This document shows positions 1 through 7,883 of a stretch of 64,000 bases of DNA, piece after piece; position 1 is the first letter of the stretch, and each line of letters begins with the position of its first letter. The notes under the pieces were generated by a model, which saw only the letters and a list, made by a program, of their open reading frames with translations, was not told the origin of the DNA and ran no database searches. Origin of the DNA: a phage; sequence record NC_100327.1. One strand, 5' to 3'. A program made the translations under genes and the position numbers.

Positions 1-117
1 CAGTGTCCATGTTGTAGTACCTTTCTCAATAGCACATGTGAAACCCTTCTTCTCAAGTTCTGCACGGCGGTCGCGTGCTTCTTTACGAGTTTTGAAATGT
101 TCGTAGATGAAAATCAT
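1..117 (-). CDS. hypothetical protein, 3'-truncated by window edge (MIFIYEHFKTRKEARDRRAELEKKGF...)
   Basis: ATG at 117-115 with AAGGAG Shine-Dalgarno upstream; frame stays open to position 1. Confidence 0.45.
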   Translation of the reverse strand, partial: MIFIYEHFKTRKEARDRRAELEKKGFTCAIEKGTTTWTL

Positions 118-127
118 AGCTGTCTCC

Positions 128-2110
128 TTATTTGGTGTTATTCTTTGCGTCGATCAGTTCACGGTATTCAATCATAGCAGGAGTGTCCCAATATTTCAAG
201 CCCACATGCTTCAAAAGTGGATATTTCTTTTCCAATCTTGCAATATAGGCCTTCCCGCACTTGACTCGGTTGGCGATTAAGATTTTGGCACGATGATTTA
301 GCTCACTGTGCTTCCACGCGGTGTTACCTTCCCACTTGTGGAAATGTGGCCGATAATTTCCAAAATCTTGCATGGGGATAATTTTCCCTAATTGTCTATA
401 CAGGCTGTCATATGAAGTTTCATTTGCTGCGCGAGTCAGTAAGAATTTCCAGGCGTCCTCTTTCAACAAATGTTCCACATTTTTCTCTGTAACATACTGG
501 CAATCAGGATCAGTCCAAAGCAGACGAGATTCTGATACCAGGTACAGATCTTCCCCTTCAGGAATCTGGAGTGCCGCACGCACACGGTCATAATTTTGCT
601 GGTAGATGTTACTTAGCTGTCCCAGCCAACAACTTCCACGTTGGATATCACCCTCATAAGGAATGCAGTGCTTAATCTTCTTGAACTCTGCCTTAGTAAT
701 ACGCTCACGACGGAAGTAACCATCTTTCTCAAGTTTTTTAACCCAATACCCTGGCTCATAGTGAGTTTTTGTTTCACCTTTCTTTACAGGACGGCGAGGG
801 AGCTCTGATAACAATTTGACCGTATCTGCAAAGAACGGGTGGTGTGCCGCTTCTTTAAACTCTTCCATCAGATCCGTGTTACGGCAATAGAAAACGTTGC
901 GTCCGGTGATCTCGCTTAAGTAGTTACACTTATTTCGGTTATATTTGCCGTCTCCGTCGTTAAATACAAGGTATACACCTCGTAAGAACTCCGACTTTCC
1001 GTAACGAGCATAGCCTATGCGGCCTTTATTTAAGCCGCCAGCGAAAATTTCACAATCGCCTAAGTCGCCAAGCCCTGTTTCTTCCCAACGGTTCCACATA
1101 AAGTTTTTGCCGAAGATGTGTCCGAACACTCCACTGTTCTTCATCATCTCACGTGCTTCTGAGGATGTTTTTGCTGTCTCCAATTCCGCAACAACTTCTG
1201 CCCCACGAAGACGTATACCTTCTTTGACAAAGGCCTCCAGGCGATCCTGGAATCCACCATCGTCGTGCCCCTCTATGGTCCATTCGCGCCCAGGGTTAAT
1301 ATTGCAATCCCCGATAGGGATCTCTACACAGATTGCAGGGTAGTCTGTCAATGTTTCCAGAAACTTAGAGCGGTAAGGTTGGTGTCCCATCACCACACGG
1401 CTCTCATCAGAGCTGGTATAACCTTTCAGGATAGTCATTTTCCAACCATCTTTCTCGTAGCGATACTGCGCCTCAACCTTGTCACCTTCCAGCATCTTAC
1501 TGGTCATAGGGTCGGTAACGGTAAACGGAAACTTTGCATAGCGTAGGCATGACGCAATAGCAGTGCGATATTTCAGAACATGCTCTTTCTTAACATGGAA
1601 CTGAACTTTTACCCCGTTGTGCTCTTCAGTCTTTCGCTCGCGGATCTTGGTAACGTTTGGGATACCCTGATCCAAGAACAATAGATATGTGCTTTCAACA
1701 CCATTGTGCACACTGATAACATCGAAAGTGTCCACCATACTGAACGGAGCCTTTGAACCAACACCTTTATTACCTACCAGAGCGTTGCTGTTGCGCTTGG
1801 TTGACTCCCCGAGATTCATGAAAGTGTTGCGGACCATCTCTTCTGACATGCCCAATCCAACGTCCTGCACAAAGAAGTATGGTTCAAGGTCTGTAGGAGA
1901 GTGAATGATGATCGGTACATCACCCCGTCCAGACTCAACATGGGAGTCCACAGCATTGAAGATTGGTTCACGGCAGCTTGCCAGCACCTTATCTTCGTAA
2001 ATCCCTTTAATGATTAGCCCAAAAGTCTCTTTGTTCAGAGAAATTGAGCCCCTGGTGACCTCCATATTTCCGGTTAGTACTGCTTTAGTTTCATTACTGT
2101 TTACAATCAT
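128..2110 (-). CDS. GHKL-superfamily ATPase (Hsp90/MutL/MORC-like ATP-binding fold) with large uncharacterised C-terminal region
   Basis: 660-aa ORF; N-box EPIFNAVDSH, G1 box DVGLGMS, G2 box GNKGVGSKA within first ~130 aa; stop overlaps RBS of downstream gene. Confidence 0.6.
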   Translation of the reverse strand: MIVNSNETKAVLTGNMEVTRGSISLNKETFGLIIKGIYEDKVLASCREPIFNAVDSHVESGRGDVPIIIHSPTDLEPYFFVQDVGLGMSEEMVRNTFMNLGESTKRNSNALVGNKGVGSKAPFSMVDTFDVISVHNGVESTYLLFLDQGIPNVTKIRERKTEEHNGVKVQFHVKKEHVLKYRTAIASCLRYAKFPFTVTDPMTSKMLEGDKVEAQYRYEKDGWKMTILKGYTSSDESRVVMGHQPYRSKFLETLTDYPAICVEIPIGDCNINPGREWTIEGHDDGGFQDRLEAFVKEGIRLRGAEVVAELETAKTSSEAREMMKNSGVFGHIFGKNFMWNRWEETGLGDLGDCEIFAGGLNKGRIGYARYGKSEFLRGVYLVFNDGDGKYNRNKCNYLSEITGRNVFYCRNTDLMEEFKEAAHHPFFADTVKLLSELPRRPVKKGETKTHYEPGYWVKKLEKDGYFRRERITKAEFKKIKHCIPYEGDIQRGSCWLGQLSNIYQQNYDRVRAALQIPEGEDLYLVSESRLLWTDPDCQYVTEKNVEHLLKEDAWKFLLTRAANETSYDSLYRQLGKIIPMQDFGNYRPHFHKWEGNTAWKHSELNHRAKILIANRVKCGKAYIARLEKKYPLLKHVGLKYWDTPAMIEYRELIDAKNNTK

Positions 2111-2607
2111 TTATTGCGCTCCTTGTAGTAGATATGACTCCCGAATTGAGCTGTCCTCTGCATCTTTTTTGCCCATTTCGGTCGTACTTTGGTTGTATGG
2201 TAGTGTGTTGCTCCACCTGTTATGTCCATAGCCATGTATGCAACATGGTTGTTATTATAGACCTTTAGAAGCATCTTTGCAAGACTTTTAGCGTGATCCC
2301 ATGAATCTTTTTCTGTCACCTTAAAAGTTTTGCCGTGGTTTGTCCACGAAAACTGGTTAGGTTGGTAGACAATCTTTCTTATAGTGTCTGGGTATTTGGG
2401 GTGAGATTTCCTGTTTAGTGTGGCAAACCCTGATGCCAGCATACCCATCGTGCCATCCCCTCTAGCCTCCCTGTAGATATTGCATGCCAGAATGTTTTCC
2501 TTAGTATCTGAGGGCTTGCAAGTATGATATACTTTTTGTTTTGGTGCTGCAACAACAGGCAGCGATAAAAGTGCGCTCAAAATAATAGCAAAGATCTTAA
2601 TTTTCAC
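2107..2607 (-). CDS. secreted cell-wall hydrolase, SleB/Hydrolase_2-like (candidate endolysin)
   Basis: 166 aa; N-terminal hydrophobic signal or SAR-like segment MKIKIFAIILSALLSLPVVAA; NIYREARGDG motif typical of SleB-type hydrolases; GTG start preceded by GGAG. Confidence 0.5.
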   Translation of the reverse strand: MKIKIFAIILSALLSLPVVAAPKQKVYHTCKPSDTKENILACNIYREARGDGTMGMLASGFATLNRKSHPKYPDTIRKIVYQPNQFSWTNHGKTFKVTEKDSWDHAKSLAKMLLKVYNNNHVAYMAMDITGGATHYHTTKVRPKWAKKMQRTAQFGSHIYYKERNK

Positions 2608-2616
2608 AATGACTCC

Positions 2617-2644
2617 AAATAGAAAATCCCCGCCGAAGCGGGGG
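2617..2644 (-). terminator. rho-independent terminator (CCCCGC-CGAA-GCGGGG hairpin plus U-run on minus-strand RNA)
   Basis: GC hairpin 2627-2644 followed on minus strand by T-run (plus A-run 2622-2626); sits immediately before RBS of hydrolase gene. Confidence 0.6.
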
Positions 2645-2656
2645 AGGTCTTAGAAA

Positions 2657-3037
2657 TTAATCGTAGTGTGCCAAAATCTCTCCATCGTTGCAAGTTCCCT
2701 CTACAAAGTTATGAAGATTCATGCACTCATCTTGATAGAAGAATTTACCGCTTTTCAGCCGTAGGCCAAACAACTCCGCATCTCCACGATGGCAAGCCTC
2801 TACAAGTTCATAGATTTCATACGGCAACTCTCCGTCGTCATGGAAGAATCCAGCCTTATCGTTGACATAAATGAAGAAATAATCACTGCTATCGCAAGCG
2901 TCCAATATTTTAAACCAGATTTCATCTACATCTTTTTCTCGGATATCGATCACGCAAGTGGAGCTGCATTCGTACTCCTTCTCCGGCTCCTCGGTCAATA
3001 CCACCAGGTAGTTTCCCCGCTTACCTACTTTAGCCAT
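2657..3037 (-). CDS. hypothetical protein
   Basis: ORF 2657-3085 trimmed to ATG at 3037 (MAKVGKRG...) which has AAGGGGGG RBS and avoids overlap with upstream gene. Confidence 0.5.
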   Translation of the reverse strand: MAKVGKRGNYLVVLTEEPEKEYECSSTCVIDIREKDVDEIWFKILDACDSSDYFFIYVNDKAGFFHDDGELPYEIYELVEACHRGDAELFGLRLKSGKFFYQDECMNLHNFVEGTCNDGEILAHYD

Positions 3038-3047
3038 ACAACCCCCC

Positions 3048-4232
3048 TTAAGCTTTAGCCAAAATGGCGCTAAACTCTTCACCAAACTCTTTTACAATCT
3101 TCATCAGGTTTGGGTATGCTTTGATCAGCTGAGCAACAATCTTGTCACGCCCTTTACCGATAAGCAAGGCATTTCCTAAGGCATTAGGTTTCATCATCGC
3201 CATAAAGACTGAGAATACAAAATCTCGGTTCTCGTCCTTGAAGTTTTCCCAAAGGAAATCGAGGAAGTTTGCCACACAGCTGACAAGATCTTCGTCTGAG
3301 ATACTTGCATTTTCCATCATATTACGAATAGCGATACAACCTTCAGATCCAAGAATCCACAAAATGTCTGGCTGCTTAGGACCTACGTATTCTTTGCAGC
3401 CACCTGCCATAATCCGACCGATTTCCGGTAAATTGCGTTTCTTGGTGTGGTATGTCCAGATCTCTACCGCTGCAGTGTGACCAATAGCACCTTGCAGAAG
3501 AACACGGGCCATAGCGTCAGAAATAATACCGCTGTCAAAATCGTGCAAGATGTCAGATGCAGCAACCCAAGATCGTGGTGTGGCAAAAGATGGACAATTA
3601 ATCTCAGCCATAGCCTCATAATTATCAATAGCTGATGGAACTCTTTTCAGATACCCAATTACAGAGGAGTGAACCCCGTTGAGGAATGCGTAGTCCTCAA
3701 TAAACACCTCTGCATTGCTTGTAACCTCTACAATGATAAAACGGTTAGCCAGAGGGGCTTCGAGCGCCGAAAGAACCGCACCATCTGTAGAACGGTTACC
3801 CGCAGCCACAAAAACAGAACCCTTAGGGAATGCATAGGTGCCGCACTTGTGGTCAAGCATAATTTGCATTGCAACCTTTTGCAGGTAGTTATCTGCATGA
3901 GTGAGCTCATCCAGAAAGATAATTCCGCTCCAGTCAGGATCCGCAGGCCAAAATTCTGGAATTGCAAACACTGTACGTGTAGTTCCATCCGCTTCTACAG
4001 GGATAGGTAGCCCAGATAAGTCGGCAGGATCTTTATCTGACAGTCGCACGTCAACAAGGTTGTCATCTCGCTCACCGAACATATTATCAGCGATCTGCTT
4101 CATCACCTGGCTTTTACCCACACCCATTGGTCCCAAAATTAGGACAGATCGGCTATGACGTTGGGCAAACTGAATAATAGCTGGCAACTCACGGACAGTG
4201 ATTTGACCACTTTCGAATACGTTTCTTGACAT
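3048..4232 (-). CDS. MoxR/CobS-like AAA+ ATPase (AAA_5 family)
   Basis: 394 aa; Walker A GPMGVGKS, Walker B IIFLDELTHA, arginine-finger region AAGNRS; size and motifs typical of MoxR-type ATPases. Confidence 0.7.
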   Translation of the reverse strand: MSRNVFESGQITVRELPAIIQFAQRHSRSVLILGPMGVGKSQVMKQIADNMFGERDDNLVDVRLSDKDPADLSGLPIPVEADGTTRTVFAIPEFWPADPDWSGIIFLDELTHADNYLQKVAMQIMLDHKCGTYAFPKGSVFVAAGNRSTDGAVLSALEAPLANRFIIVEVTSNAEVFIEDYAFLNGVHSSVIGYLKRVPSAIDNYEAMAEINCPSFATPRSWVAASDILHDFDSGIISDAMARVLLQGAIGHTAAVEIWTYHTKKRNLPEIGRIMAGGCKEYVGPKQPDILWILGSEGCIAIRNMMENASISDEDLVSCVANFLDFLWENFKDENRDFVFSVFMAMMKPNALGNALLIGKGRDKIVAQLIKAYPNLMKIVKEFGEEFSAILAKA

Positions 4233-4501
4233 TAGTAAAAGTCCTCTACTTGTGTGTAAGTGTTTTCAAAGTTTTCCAAAACAGATATCACATCGAATCT
4301 GTCAATATCATACGTGACTCTCCAGTTGTACGCAACCCTTTCTGCTGTTGCCTCTTCTGGCGCTAGTCGTCTGCTGGCATAAAAGAGTGTTGGAGTACAC
4401 TTTCTTGCTTGCCCTCTAACTTTCCCATAATAATATCTGTGAATATCTTTGTCAAAATTTAACTCTTTTTCTGCACGAAGTTCATATTGCTGGTATAACA
4501 T
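4232..4501 (-). CDS. hypothetical protein
   Basis: 89-aa ORF in leftward early operon, stop overlaps start of ATPase gene. Confidence 0.45.
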   Translation of the reverse strand: MLYQQYELRAEKELNFDKDIHRYYYGKVRGQARKCTPTLFYASRRLAPEEATAERVAYNWRVTYDIDRFDVISVLENFENTYTQVEDFY

Positions 4502-4545
4502 CTCTACTACTCCTTAAGCAGCATCCTTGCCGCCATTCCTGCCCA

Positions 4546-4926
4546 CTAAAATGCAGTCCGAATCCAGACAAGGTTCTTATCTGCCCAATCATAGAGGCAA
4601 GTCATTGCACTATTGAATTGCTCACACGGAGGATAATCTTCTTCCATCTGGCGCATAGCAGAGCCTTGTGGGTAAAGCTCCCGTGCTGCAAACCACGCGT
4701 CGTAGTCATCAACGGTGTCGAAGTAGTATACAACATCCTCTAACTCAGGATCGAACTTTGAACTATCAGGATCCAGTTGTTCAGGGAACTTGGAGCGTAA
4801 CTTGCCAGCCACAATACTTGCCAACTCGCTAACATGCTTATTGTCCCACTCCACTAGCTTCCCATCTTCAGTGATGCGTCCTAACCACTGATCATGAAGG
4901 TCAACTGTTGTCTTCCACTGAGCCAT
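4546..4926 (-). CDS. hypothetical protein
   Basis: 126-aa ORF, co-oriented in tightly packed leftward operon. Confidence 0.5.
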   Translation of the reverse strand: MAQWKTTVDLHDQWLGRITEDGKLVEWDNKHVSELASIVAGKLRSKFPEQLDPDSSKFDPELEDVVYYFDTVDDYDAWFAARELYPQGSAMRQMEEDYPPCEQFNSAMTCLYDWADKNLVWIRTAF

Positions 4927-4928
4927 TA

Positions 4929-5186
4929 TCAGTCCACCTCTTCTTCTCGTTGTAGTTCAAGATACCCGTAGGTCTGGACATCTTGAAGGGTGTGGAACTC
5001 CCCCTCTGCCGCTAAGGCACGAACAACTTGGCACAAAACCTTATGAGGAACTTCATCCAAACCTAGATTCAGTGCAGGAAACACCTTATCTAAGTCAACA
5101 AAATAAACGAACTGTAGCTCACCAGCTTCAAAAGGTGTATCTTCAATAAACATCTTCTCGGCATTAGTCAAGATCTGCACTTTCAT
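4929..5186 (-). CDS. hypothetical protein
   Basis: 85-aa ORF, start/stop coupled to neighbours. Confidence 0.45.
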   Translation of the reverse strand: MKVQILTNAEKMFIEDTPFEAGELQFVYFVDLDKVFPALNLGLDEVPHKVLCQVVRALAAEGEFHTLQDVQTYGYLELQREEEVD

Positions 5187-5542
5187 TATTCTACCTCCTC
5201 TTCTTTTTCTTCGGCATTAGTTTCATGGCTACCCCACTCGGGAGTTTCCACCTCGATAGTAAACTCACGCACTACACGGTAATTGCCCATGAAGCGCTCT
5301 ACTTCGTCAAGGCTTATGGAGAGGCCATTGGCAACCAGGTCTGCAGCACCCTCTTCTACCAGGTAGTCCAGATTGGCTTCCAGAGCCTCAGGTTCAAACC
5401 CTGTCAATGCAATCAGATAACCTTCCCCTTCATCAGGGAGGACAATACAGCCCAATTGATTTTCTTTAAAAAGGCAGTGACCATCATTATTGATTGGGTG
5501 TTCATTGCAGTAAATAGCTGCACGATAAGTAACTTTAGACAT
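5186..5542 (-). CDS. hypothetical acidic protein (N-terminus MSKVTYRA encoded by the 29-bp inverted repeat)
   Basis: ORF trimmed to ATG at 5542-5540 preceded by AAGGAGA RBS; acidic C-terminal tail EEKEEEVE. Confidence 0.5.
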   Translation of the reverse strand: MSKVTYRAAIYCNEHPINNDGHCLFKENQLGCIVLPDEGEGYLIALTGFEPEALEANLDYLVEEGAADLVANGLSISLDEVERFMGNYRVVREFTIEVETPEWGSHETNAEEKEEEVE

Positions 5543-5547
5543 CGGTA
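5519..5547. repeat. 29-bp perfect inverted repeat, left copy (partner at 7381-7409)
   Basis: Reverse complement of 5519-5547 equals 7381-7409 exactly (TACCGATGTCTAAAGTTACTTATCGTGCA). Confidence 0.9.
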
Positions 5548-5555
5548 AGGTCTCC

Positions 5556-5834
5556 TTAGGCAATTGTCATTTTACATTCTTGAAATTTTAACACAAGACG
5601 GTGATTGTGTCTAGTGTCTAAAAAGATTTTTTCAACCATCAGGCACACGGTATAACCGTCCATCTTGTTGACAACAAAATCTCCAGGATGAGGGAGGATG
5701 TCTCCCGGATTGGGGAAACATAGTCCACTCAGAAAGGCATCGTCAGTGGTGGACTTAATAGATTTCCACACACTGTCTGCCTGAACATGTTCACCGACGT
5801 AATATACATTACCACATGCCTTCATCATAGTCAA
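5556..5834 (-). CDS. hypothetical protein
   Basis: 92-aa ORF; its stop overlaps the RBS of the downstream MSKVTYRA gene. Confidence 0.45.
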   Translation of the reverse strand: MTMMKACGNVYYVGEHVQADSVWKSIKSTTDDAFLSGLCFPNPGDILPHPGDFVVNKMDGYTVCLMVEKIFLDTRHNHRLVLKFQECKMTIA

Positions 5835-6730
5835 ACCCTCGCATAAATTAAACTTGTATCAGTATACTTCTTTAATGGGTAAATATCCTGTCCATAGATG
5901 CAATCATTAAACACCTCATCTACCCAAAGGCTACACTTATATCCCATCATTTCTAAAACACCCATCTCTTCTTCGGTAAACTTATCACCGCTCTTGCAAG
6001 ATGTCAATACCTCATTCTGAACTCTTGCTACCTCGAAGCGGTTATTGGCAATATCGCTATTGGCGATCAAATACTCACCTAGAGGGTGTGCGGCATTAAA
6101 GATGCACAGTGGACGGCTGACGTAATAGTCTCCAGGTGTATAAAAATTGTTGAGGTCTTTCACTAGAACATTCTTATCAGTCACTTCATTTATAACATCA
6201 TGCATATCGCACATCTTTATATGTTTGAGGATTCCATCCCCCATCACAAAATAAAAACTTGCTGAAACACTTTCGGCATAGATCTTACTAGATCCGTTGT
6301 AGTTGTATTTTACTCGGATGCTAACGGGGGTTTTTCCTGTCGCGTTAGCCATCATCCAAAGAAATGGCAGCTCATACTTCTCCTCTGAGGAAACAAAAGG
6401 TGAGGTAGCCAGAGATCGAAAACCTCCAGAGAAGTTGAAAGTTACAGAACCGCTCCGGCGGTATGATACCGCGTATTCTACTTTTATATCGACATACCCA
6501 TTGGAATAGGTGTGTCCTTCATTATCTAAATATGTCCACTTATCAGACCCAGATACCAATCTACGCTCAATAACCTTCATCACTATAGGAATTAATGGGT
6601 TGGTACAAACCGCTTTTGAAGTAGCTTTATCATCTAAAGCCTCGTAAATTGCAGAAAGGATGTCCCCAGCTGAAAGATTGGTTGTTATGTCCTGTTTCCA
6701 CCGCGTACTAAAACTGTTAAGATTTGCCAT
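5831..6730 (-). CDS. hypothetical protein
   Basis: 299-aa ORF, first gene of leftward operon; AGGAG RBS; downstream of promoter at 6771-6799. Confidence 0.55.
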   Translation of the reverse strand: MANLNSFSTRWKQDITTNLSAGDILSAIYEALDDKATSKAVCTNPLIPIVMKVIERRLVSGSDKWTYLDNEGHTYSNGYVDIKVEYAVSYRRSGSVTFNFSGGFRSLATSPFVSSEEKYELPFLWMMANATGKTPVSIRVKYNYNGSSKIYAESVSASFYFVMGDGILKHIKMCDMHDVINEVTDKNVLVKDLNNFYTPGDYYVSRPLCIFNAAHPLGEYLIANSDIANNRFEVARVQNEVLTSCKSGDKFTEEEMGVLEMMGYKCSLWVDEVFNDCIYGQDIYPLKKYTDTSLIYARV

Positions 6731-6770
6731 AAGTAAGTGCTCCTATGTTAGTTTTCTTTCGAATGGGTGC

Positions 6771-6799
6771 ACTATATTGTGGAGTTAGAGTAAAGTCAA
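6771..6799 (-). promoter_or_regulatory. sigma70-like promoter for leftward early operon (TTGACT-N17-TATAGT on minus strand)
   Basis: -35 is revcomp of 6794-6799, -10 is revcomp of 6771-6776, 17-nt spacer; ~35 nt upstream of the 5831-6730 start. Confidence 0.55.
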
Positions 6800-6812
6800 C
6801 ACGTTTTTGATG

Positions 6813-6841
6813 TTGACATCTGTTGAGACAATTGATAAGAT
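6813..6841 (+). promoter_or_regulatory. sigma70-like promoter for rightward early operon (TTGACA, 17-nt spacer, TG-extended TAAGAT)
   Basis: Consensus -35 TTGACA at 6813-6818; weaker -10 at 6836-6841 with TG at 6833-6834; back-to-back with leftward promoter so the two -35 boxes form palindrome GTCAACA-N9-TGTTGAC. Confidence 0.45.
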
Positions 6842-6872
6842 TTCTTCACTTACAGAGCACGAGAGACGACTC

Positions 6873-7850
6873 ATGAATCTTGAAAAATATTATACACCAG
6901 AAGAGTTAGAGCGCTTGCTCAAAAAATATAGACGCAAACAGAATAACGCACGGAAACGAGATATAGAGTTCGACCTGTCATGGGAAGAATACCTCCTATT
7001 TGGTAAAAAACTTTTAGGAGATGGAGTATGCGACTATACCCTTATACCTTTTGACATGCACACAGATGAAAACGGGCTGGGGAATCCTTTCTACCCATCC
7101 CTGGAGCGGATAGATGATGAAGGTCCTTATGCGGTTGATAACTGTTGTGTGGTGGGATTGAGATGCAACTCTCTAAAGGACTGTCTGGTAGATAAAAAGA
7201 CTGCAGTCTTGATTAAAGACGAAACTGATCGAAAAATTGTCCAGCAGATGATGCTCCACCTGAGCGAAGAGCGTATGGAGAAATTGAAAGGTGATTATAC
7301 TTTTGAAGATTTCATCTTGCAATATGGAACGGAAGAGGATAAACTAGCACTCTTTGACGAAGAAGAGGAGGAAGATATGCTACCGATGTCTAAAGTTACT
7401 TATCGTGCACCCAAGAAGCACATTTCCGACATTGTAAACGAGCCTATCACAGAAGAGATTGAAGAAATGACGCAACAGGTGCATGAAGAGGAAAAAGAGA
7501 CTCAGGAGGTCGAAGAGGAGCTTACAGAAGAGGTTCCTGCACTACCTGATGATGTTGAGATTGCCAAAGCTTACACTTTCTATTGTCAAACGTTCTACGA
7601 TGTAGGTATGAAAGTTGATCTGTCGTTCAGCCAATTTAAGAGTTCGTATATTCGCAAATGCTGTGCTTTAACTGGTGAACGTCTTGGAGCTGGACTTAAA
7701 CCCCTGTTGGTGACCGACTGGAATAAAGGTTTCACTAAAGGAAACTTTATGGTAGTATCTCCGATTATGGAGAAAGCTATGACAGATCTTATGAAGACCA
7801 CCCGCATGACAATGACCGAGTTGGCAGGTATTTTCAAACACGTTAAATAA
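6873..7850 (+). CDS. hypothetical protein; N-terminal part has a degenerate HNH-like motif, C-terminal part begins with the repeat-encoded MSKVTYRA after an internal SD-like sequence
   Basis: ORF 6807-7850 trimmed to ATG 6873 because 6807 lies inside the promoter; acidic linker DEEEEED; internal GAGGAGGAAGAT plus ATG at 7387 may mark a nested start. Confidence 0.45.
   Translation: MNLEKYYTPEELERLLKKYRRKQNNARKRDIEFDLSWEEYLLFGKKLLGDGVCDYTLIPFDMHTDENGLGNPFYPSLERIDDEGPYAVDNCCVVGLRCNSLKDCLVDKKTAVLIKDETDRKIVQQMMLHLSEERMEKLKGDYTFEDFILQYGTEEDKLALFDEEEEEDMLPMSKVTYRAPKKHISDIVNEPITEEIEEMTQQVHEEEKETQEVEEELTEEVPALPDDVEIAKAYTFYCQTFYDVGMKVDLSFSQFKSSYIRKCCALTGERLGAGLKPLLVTDWNKGFTKGNFMVVSPIMEKAMTDLMKTTRMTMTELAGIFKHVK
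7381..7409. repeat. 29-bp perfect inverted repeat, right copy (partner at 5519-5547)
   Basis: Exact reverse-complement match to 5519-5547. Confidence 0.9.
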
Positions 7851-7883
7851 TGACAGGGGCCAATGGCCCCTTCTGGAGTTTTA

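Noticed and set aside
6807-6872. Upstream extension of the rightward early gene (ORF-track start at 6807)
   Set aside because: The first 22 codons overlap the -35 and -10 elements of the rightward promoter; the ATG at 6873 downstream of the predicted transcript start is more plausible.
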